Source of the DNA: Corynebacterium amycolatum
Lineage (GTDB): Bacteria; Actinomycetota; Actinomycetes; Mycobacteriales; Mycobacteriaceae
Length of the DNA: 32,000 nucleotides
Reading direction: 5' to 3' (one strand)
Assembly: GCF_049243625.1 (NCBI RefSeq)
Contig: NZ_CP046975.1
The position numbers were made by a program, and so were the translations under genes. Numbering within the stretch: the stretch's first letter is position 1; each line of letters starts with the position of its first letter. Under the pieces are notes generated by a model. That model saw nothing but the letters and a program-made list of their open reading frames with translations, was not told the origin of the DNA and made no database searches. Of this stretch, positions 26,623 through 32,000 are shown piece after piece.

Positions 26623-27778
26623 TCGGATGAAGGATTCGCTTGCCGACGATTCCCGCGAGCAGAACCGCAAGGCTCAGTTGGCGGAGGATCGAGAGGTTAC
26701 ACGTGCGCTGCAGTCGAAGTACGACTCGTGGGCAACTCGGAACCCCACTGCCGCGCAGGACTTTGTCGATGCGATTAAAGAGATTCTCTCCGATGCCGGT
26801 TTGGCCTTTGACAATGTCACAGCGCGGGTGAAGTCTTTCCGCTCATTGCGGCAGAAGGCCCTGCGTCGTGAAGCGGACGGCAGCTACGTCTACCCTGACC
26901 CGTGGCACGATATCCACGACATCATCGGCGTGCGTGTAACCACGTACCATTCGACGGAGATTCCCGCGATTATGGATGCGCTGGGAGATTCGCTGACTGT
27001 GCTGCGCACGATTGACAAGACCGCGGAGACACGAATCAGCGGCCGGTTGGGATACGGCTCCCAGCACTTGATCTGCAAGGTGTCGACGGCGGCACCAGCA
27101 GAGCTAACTCCATATGCGGACATGCAGTTTGAGGTGCAACTGCGCACGGTTCTGCAGCATGCATGGGCAGAGTTTGAACACGATATTCGCTACAAGGCCC
27201 CTGAAGGAGCGACAGACCCGCGGATTGATAGGGCCTTTGCGCTGGCCGCTGGTCTTATTGAGCTCGCGGACCAGCAGTTCGACCAAGTCGTTGCCGTGCT
27301 GGAGGAATCTGCACCCGACAATTCCGCGAATGGAGAGGGCGAACAGCCCTCAGTTCCGGCAAAGACGACCGCCGATGACATTGTGGTAACTGAGGAAACC
27401 CTACCCGGTGTGCTGACGATACTGCTTCCAGATGCACCCCGCTCAAAATCAGAGCACTACGGCTGGGCAGAAGAGCTGCTCGAACGCAATGGCATTCGCA
27501 CTGTCGGGCAGCTGCGAGAGCTACTTAATCCGCAGCGCCTCAGCGCGGTAAGCAAGGCCATGAAGTACCGCTTTAACCCAGGTCATGTTCGTGTTATCGA
27601 TGACCTACTACTAGCGGCTCGCGGCGACAAGCACATTAAGGCCACTGCGGATACCAGCCATAACCCGAAGCGTCGACCAGCTCGTTTGCGCGCACGATTA
27701 CAGCAACTAGCGGAGGCCGGGATGCCTATGAGCGACGTCCCCGAAGACGATCGAGCTGACGGCGATCGCGCTTCGTAG
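26612..27778 (+). CDS. RelA/SpoT-domain protein, small alarmone synthetase-like (alternative start ATG 26627)
   Basis: 388 aa. The synthetase-domain pattern is HDIIGVRVTTYH...GYGSQHLICKV...FEVQLRTVLQHAWAEFEHDIRYK. A C-terminal region of about 170 aa is unassigned. As I recall, C. glutamicum has a SAS gene next to treY. Confidence 0.8.
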   Translation: MTTNRMKDSLADDSREQNRKAQLAEDREVTRALQSKYDSWATRNPTAAQDFVDAIKEILSDAGLAFDNVTARVKSFRSLRQKALRREADGSYVYPDPWHDIHDIIGVRVTTYHSTEIPAIMDALGDSLTVLRTIDKTAETRISGRLGYGSQHLICKVSTAAPAELTPYADMQFEVQLRTVLQHAWAEFEHDIRYKAPEGATDPRIDRAFALAAGLIELADQQFDQVVAVLEESAPDNSANGEGEQPSVPAKTTADDIVVTEETLPGVLTILLPDAPRSKSEHYGWAEELLERNGIRTVGQLRELLNPQRLSAVSKAMKYRFNPGHVRVIDDLLLAARGDKHIKATADTSHNPKRRPARLRARLQQLAEAGMPMSDVPEDDRADGDRAS

Positions 27779-28118
27779 GCCGCCCGGCACCGCGGTCGCG
27801 CATCGGCATCGAGGCGAGAATCTCCCTCGGAGGCGGCGTTGGAGAGTGGTCAATATAGCACTGCCTGGCCGCCGGAGCTCCGACCCGCTTCTTCACCGTC
27901 TTGGTGACCTCAACAATGTGTTCGCGGTGGTTTGCCCACAATCGCACTCTGTCCCCTGGGACGACTAGAACTGAGGGTTTCACGGCTTCGCCGTTGACTT
28001 TGACGTGGCCGCCACGGCACGCATCTGCGGCCAATGAGCGCGTTTTCAGCAACCTGACCGCCCAAATCCAGGCATCGATACGCACTGGTTCGGTAGACAA
28101 TTGCTGCTGAGCAGGCAT
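27726..28118 (-). CDS. S4-domain RNA-binding protein (Hsp15/HslR-like)
   Basis: 130 aa. VRIDAWIWAVRLLKTRSLAADACRGGHVKVNGEAVKPS is an S4 fold signature, and the C-terminal tail is basic. The start abuts the stop of the upstream small membrane gene (TAAATG). Confidence 0.75.
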   Translation of the reverse strand: MPAQQQLSTEPVRIDAWIWAVRLLKTRSLAADACRGGHVKVNGEAVKPSVLVVPGDRVRLWANHREHIVEVTKTVKKRVGAPAARQCYIDHSPTPPPREILASMPMRDRGAGRPTKRDRRQLDRLRGRRS

Positions 28119-28385
28119 TTACTGCGGATCCTTGTAGTTCACAATCCGCTGAACCTTTTGCCAATTGAGAAAACCACCGACCAGGCCGACCACTGCCAGG
28201 ATGAGGAATAGAGACATGCTTCCGGCAAGAAGTCCGAGCACTGCACCGCCGACGACACCGCTGCCTGCCCACACAACGGCATTGCGGGAGTACTTTCGCA
28301 CCGCGTTCTTGCGGAGCTCAATGGGATTCTGAGATTGGGGCTGAAGATAGCTCATGGGGTACATATTAGAGTGTTCTGGTCGCAC
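28119..28385 (-). CDS. small membrane protein, 2 predicted TM helices (start uncertain: 28385, 28364 or 28355)
   Basis: Hydrophobic segments AVVWAGSGVVGGAVLGLLAG and SLFLILAVVGLVGGFLNW. It is translationally abutted to the S4 gene. Confidence 0.55.
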   Translation of the reverse strand: MRPEHSNMYPMSYLQPQSQNPIELRKNAVRKYSRNAVVWAGSGVVGGAVLGLLAGSMSLFLILAVVGLVGGFLNWQKVQRIVNYKDPQ

Positions 28386-28452
28386 TGACGCATCGCCTAA
28401 GTCGATGGGCCATACAATTCGGGATAAATCCCACCAGAGAAGGCAAACTTGC

Positions 28453-28467
28453 TAAATATTCCTATTT
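28453..28467 (+). promoter_or_regulatory. 15-mer TAAATATTCCTATTT, copy 2 (50 nt upstream of the IclR gene)
   Basis: Exact match to 22283-22297. It is preceded by TTGCTA (28449-28454, a possible -35). Confidence 0.4.
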
Positions 28468-28501
28468 GGGTAGGTAAATAACACAATGGCGTAGCTAGGT
28501 T

Positions 28502-28513
28502 GCTAAAGTTAGC
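28502..28513. promoter_or_regulatory. palindrome GCTAA-AG-TTAGC immediately upstream of the IclR start codon
   Basis: Read directly, 4 nt before ATG 28517. No obvious SD is present. It could be an operator or a start-occluding hairpin. Confidence 0.3.
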
Positions 28514-28516
28514 CCT

Positions 28517-29263
28517 ATGTCAGAAACTGTCCGCCCCCGCCACCGCATGGTCGACCGCGTTGCGGCGATCCTCGAACTCGTTGCACGCTCTAACGAAGGC
28601 CTAACTCTCACTGACATCGCCCACACGCTGAACTATCCGCTCAGTACCACGCAGGGCCTTGTCAACGGTCTGACCGTTACTGGTTACCTTGACGAGTCCA
28701 ACAAGCGATACACGCTCGGCATGGCACCGTTTCTGCTCAATGTCATGGCCGGTCGTCGCATGGTCAACGTTCCAACGGCCGAGCTAGAAGCGATTCACAA
28801 CGAAACTGGACTGATTACCGTGCTGGCGCTGCCAGTTGGTGGCAAACTTTTCTACCTTAAAACCGTCGGCGAATCCATGCGCTACCAGTACCTGACGGAG
28901 AACTTCCTGCCGCGCTCACTGCTGCGCACCTCTGCAGGTTGGGTTTTGATGAGTCGGTTTGAAAAGCGCGAACTGTGGTCCTACCTGAACTCCGCGCGGC
29001 CCGAAGACCAGGTTTATGTGGATGATTTCCTCCGCCAGGCCGGGGAAATCGCAGAGACCGGAGTTTGTGCTGCCCCGGGTATTGCTGAGGGCGGTGGCGT
29101 TGACGGTGTCTCTATCGCAGTGGAGGAAGACGGTGCTACTGTCGCGGCGGTCTGCGTCTTCGGTCGGCCGGAAAAGATTGCGGAAAACAAGGACGAACTG
29201 GTGGAAATTCTCAAGCGCCATCGCGGTGCACACAACGGCGAGGAATCCCCGAACCAGGGGTAG
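28517..29263 (+). CDS. IclR-family transcriptional regulator
   Basis: 248 aa. The N-terminal wHTH is MVDRVAAILELVARSNEGLTLTDIAHTLNYPLSTTQGLVNGLTVTGYL, followed by an IclR-type effector domain of typical length. Confidence 0.8.
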   Translation: MSETVRPRHRMVDRVAAILELVARSNEGLTLTDIAHTLNYPLSTTQGLVNGLTVTGYLDESNKRYTLGMAPFLLNVMAGRRMVNVPTAELEAIHNETGLITVLALPVGGKLFYLKTVGESMRYQYLTENFLPRSLLRTSAGWVLMSRFEKRELWSYLNSARPEDQVYVDDFLRQAGEIAETGVCAAPGIAEGGGVDGVSIAVEEDGATVAAVCVFGRPEKIAENKDELVEILKRHRGAHNGEESPNQG

Positions 29264-29269
29264 TGGCTG

Positions 29270-29971
29270 TTAGGCGCGCAGCTCCCACCAGATTTCGCCA
29301 CCGTCCGTAGAGGGCTCGCTAGCTCCCTTAGTTAGCGCCTGCATTTCTCCGTCAAGCTGGGCAATCCCCTCGGCAGTCACCGCGATGGAAAACTCCACGT
29401 TCTGGCCCCACCGGGTTTCCACAATCTCGTAGCCACGAGCACGCAATTCTGCCTCGATGCGTCCCGCATCTGCAGCGGAAACACTCACTACTCTCAAGGC
29501 TCTTTGCACACGCCGCATGCGGGTGACTTTCTCTAGACACTCTGAGACCGAATCCGAATAGGCCCTCACAAGCCCACCCGTGCCCAACTTGATGCCGCCA
29601 AAATAGCGAATCACTACTGCGGTGACATTCGTCATTCCAGAGCCCTGCAGCACATCGAGCATCGGGCGACCTGCCGTACCACCGGGTTCACCGTCATCTG
29701 AGGATCGCTCCACGCGATTTCCCCCGACGACCTCATGAATGTATGCGCTGCAGTGGTGGCGAGCATCCGGGTACTCCGCCTTGGCCAAATTGATGACCTC
29801 TCGGGCGCTGCCTTCGTCGTCGCCACGCGCGATCCACGTAATGAAGCGCGATTTCTTAATCTCGATTTCATGCGTGACGATGTCACCGTCGGCGGGGACA
29901 ATCAGCTCGATGTCACGCTGATTCTGCGTCGCTTCGGTCGAAGTGGATGGCTCGGTGGTCATAGTGTCCAT
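29270..29971 (-). CDS. YigZ / IMPACT-family protein (UPF0029); track ORF extends to GTG 30004
   Basis: IKKSRFITWIA...AKAEYPDARHHCSAYI...SDDGEPGGTAGRPMLDVL...VVIRYFGGIKLGTGGLVRAYS matches the YigZ family pattern. ATG 29971 gives MDTMTTEPS. Confidence 0.8.
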   Translation of the reverse strand: MDTMTTEPSTSTEATQNQRDIELIVPADGDIVTHEIEIKKSRFITWIARGDDEGSAREVINLAKAEYPDARHHCSAYIHEVVGGNRVERSSDDGEPGGTAGRPMLDVLQGSGMTNVTAVVIRYFGGIKLGTGGLVRAYSDSVSECLEKVTRMRRVQRALRVVSVSAADAGRIEAELRARGYEIVETRWGQNVEFSIAVTAEGIAQLDGEMQALTKGASEPSTDGGEIWWELRA

Positions 29972-30099
29972 TGTTGCGTATGGGCTTCGGGCACGCCCAA
30001 TCACCGTCGGTCGCTACTATCTCGACCTCACCTTGGGCTCACCTCAAATCCGCAGTGTTCGAAAAAGTTTCACTGTGCCAATCCGCTGACTGACCTACC

Positions 30100-32000
30100 A
30101 TGGTGCTCATGAGCAACTACCGAGTCTGGGCCCCGTACGCTTCCGAAGTCCGTCTGTTGTTGGGTAATCCTGACGCTCCTGCGATTTTTGATATGCATCC
30201 AATCGCTGATGCCACCCATGGCTACGGCGCCAACTCTGGTTGGTTCGAAGCTGATGTGGCTCGCACACCGGGGGATCGCTACGCATTTTCGCTGCGGGCA
30301 CATGCGGGATACGGCGCGCCTGACGGCGAGTCGGGGGACGGCTCCTCCCCCGCTGTCGGCGACTGGACAATACCGCTGCCCGATCCGCGTTCCCAGTCCC
30401 AGCCAGATGGCCCGCATGGTTTCTCCCAGGTTGTCGACCTAGGTGCCTATAAGTGGAAGGACTCGACCTGGTCAGGACGGATTCTGCCAGGAGGTCTGAT
30501 TTATGAGCTGCATGTGGGCACCTTCAGCGATTCTGGTGATTTCGAAGGTTTGCTGGAACATCTAGACCACCTGATTGAGCTGGGGGTAACACACATTGAG
30601 CTGATGCCAGTGCAGCCTTTCGGCGGTGACCGTAATTGGGGCTATGACGGTGTGTCCTGGCACAGTGTGCACGAGGGCTACGGTGGCCCGCAGGGACTAC
30701 AGAAGCTGATTGATGCCTGCCACCGCAAGGGTTTGGCCGTCATTCTTGATGTGGTCTATAACCACTTCGGTCCGGACGGCAACTATGTGGGATTTTTCGG
30801 GCCCTACACCGCTGGTGGTTCGACGGGTTGGGGTGAGGTTGTCAATCTCACCGGCGACAACTCTGATGAGGTGCGTGCGTACATTTTGGATGCGGTACGC
30901 CAATGGTTGGTGGACTACCACGTCGACGGTCTGCGCCTGGATGCGGTCCATGCCCTGCATGACGAGGGCGCATTCCACATTCTGGAGCAGATGCAGGTTG
31001 TCGCAGACACTGTCGCAGCTGAGACTGGTATTCCGCGTTCCTTGATTGCAGAGTCCGATCAAAATGATCCGCGCTTGGTCCGCCCGCGGGCTGCCGGTGG
31101 CTTTGGCCTCAACGCTCAGTGGGATGATGACGTCCACCATGCGCTGCACACGTTGATCTCTGGTGAAGACCACGCCTACTACTCGGACTTTGGTTCGGTG
31201 GAAGCGCTGGCTAGCGCTTTGGAAACCGGCTTCTGGCATACGGGCACAATGTCGACATTCCGCGGTCGTACTCACGGCCGCCCCTTTGACCTGTCTGTCC
31301 AGCCCATGCATGCTTTTGTAACGTACACGACCACGCATGATCAAACGGGTAACCGCGCTGTCGGCGACCGTCCGTCGATGAACCTCACCCCGGCGCAGCA
31401 GGTTTTAAAGGCAGCAGTTATCGCCTGCAGTCCTTTCACCCCGATGCTCTTCCAAGGTGAGGAATGGGGCGCCTCTACCCCGTTTGCTTTCTTCTGTTCC
31501 CATGAAGATCCGGAGCTGCAGCGGCTCACGCGCGAAGGACGACTACGTGAGTTTGCCCGTGCCGGGTGGGATCCGAAGGAGGTATCCGATCCATCGGATC
31601 CAGAGACCTTCCACCGCTCGAAGCTCAATTGGCAGGAGGTTTCGGAGGACTCGCACGCCACTATTCTGGCGGCCTACCGCGATCTCTTCGCGCTGCGGAA
31701 GTCCCACCCGTCGCTTCGCACGCCGTGGTCGGCATCTGTGGTGACCGAGTATGACGAGGACAATCGTTGCCTTGTCGTTGTGCGCAGCCAGGATGAGCGC
31801 GAAATGGGGGCCCGAAACTCGGATGCCTTTGAAACTGTCGCTTTGGTTGCGAATTTCTCCGACGCCGAAACCAGCGTCAGCCTGGATTCCGAGTTCGGCT
31901 CCGCCCACCTGCTGCACACTTTTGAAGACGCAGCAGCCAGCATCGTCAATGACGAAGCTGCTGGTCCCGAAATCTCGCTTCCAGCGTGGGGCTACGCTGT
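30100..32000 (+). CDS. treZ: maltooligosyl trehalose trehalohydrolase (3'-truncated by window end; start ATG 30100 or 30109)
   Basis: This frame is open to the window edge and therefore absent from the ORF track. My translation gives MSNYRVWAPYASEVRLL..., GVTHIELMPVQPF, LAVILDVVYNHFGPDGNY, VDGLRLDAVHAL, IAESDQNDPRL and TTTHDQTGNRA. Confidence 0.88.
   Translation, partial: MVLMSNYRVWAPYASEVRLLLGNPDAPAIFDMHPIADATHGYGANSGWFEADVARTPGDRYAFSLRAHAGYGAPDGESGDGSSPAVGDWTIPLPDPRSQSQPDGPHGFSQVVDLGAYKWKDSTWSGRILPGGLIYELHVGTFSDSGDFEGLLEHLDHLIELGVTHIELMPVQPFGGDRNWGYDGVSWHSVHEGYGGPQGLQKLIDACHRKGLAVILDVVYNHFGPDGNYVGFFGPYTAGGSTGWGEVVNLTGDNSDEVRAYILDAVRQWLVDYHVDGLRLDAVHALHDEGAFHILEQMQVVADTVAAETGIPRSLIAESDQNDPRLVRPRAAGGFGLNAQWDDDVHHALHTLISGEDHAYYSDFGSVEALASALETGFWHTGTMSTFRGRTHGRPFDLSVQPMHAFVTYTTTHDQTGNRAVGDRPSMNLTPAQQVLKAAVIACSPFTPMLFQGEEWGASTPFAFFCSHEDPELQRLTREGRLREFARAGWDPKEVSDPSDPETFHRSKLNWQEVSEDSHATILAAYRDLFALRKSHPSLRTPWSASVVTEYDEDNRCLVVVRSQDEREMGARNSDAFETVALVANFSDAETSVSLDSEFGSAHLLHTFEDAAASIVNDEAAGPEISLPAWGYA

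Noticed and set aside
30005-30099. Direct repeat CTCACCT x2 and other short repeats between the YigZ gene and treZ.
   Set aside because: A 7-mer repeated once in a 95-nt promoter region is within chance expectation, and no palindromic or conserved context is visible.

Overview
The window reads as a moderately high-GC actinobacterial chromosome segment, most like Corynebacterium, and is mostly housekeeping. Gene order left to right:
- hisC and hisD (- strand).
- An AT-rich 296-nt divergent region.
- Three tandem paralogous all-alpha/TPR-like genes of unknown function (+ strand, 2889-7088).
- nadC, nadB and nadA (- strand, transcribed nadA to nadC).
- A membrane protein, a small Zn-ribbon protein and bioB (- strand).
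- A divergent TetR gene with TGAAC-N3-GTTCA-type operators (BioQ-like).
- A YuiF/NhaC-type permease.
- A Propionibacterium-type transcarboxylase cluster (5S, 12S, a 101-aa coiled-coil protein, 1.3S biotin carrier; - strand).
- glgX.
- A short AT-rich islet with tandem direct repeats, an orphan HigA-like antitoxin gene and a probable higB remnant.
- A DEDDh exonuclease-BRCT protein.
- treY, then a RelA/SpoT-domain small alarmone synthetase-like gene.
- An S4-domain protein, a small membrane protein, an IclR regulator and a YigZ/IMPACT protein.
- The 5' part of treZ.

From memory, not verified, the bioB...nadABC...hisDC order matches M. tuberculosis Rv1589-Rv1600, and the hisD/bioQ/glgX/exonuclease/treY/SAS/treZ order matches the C. 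glutamicum cg2305-cg2333 region.

I saw no rRNA, tRNA, CRISPR array, transposase or integrase.

Most interesting observations:
1. The three-gene paralogous repeat-protein operon inserted in the conserved backbone. It is the best candidate for an undescribed system, but its function cannot be inferred from sequence.
2. nadB, whose FAD-binding GxGxxG motif is encoded upstream of the first canonical start codon.
3. An exact 15-mer shared by two promoter regions.
4. An SSB-C-terminal-tip-like tail on the exonuclease-BRCT protein.
5. The repeat-bearing AT-rich islet with the decayed toxin-antitoxin pair.

All family assignments rest on motif recognition by eye. No database search was run.
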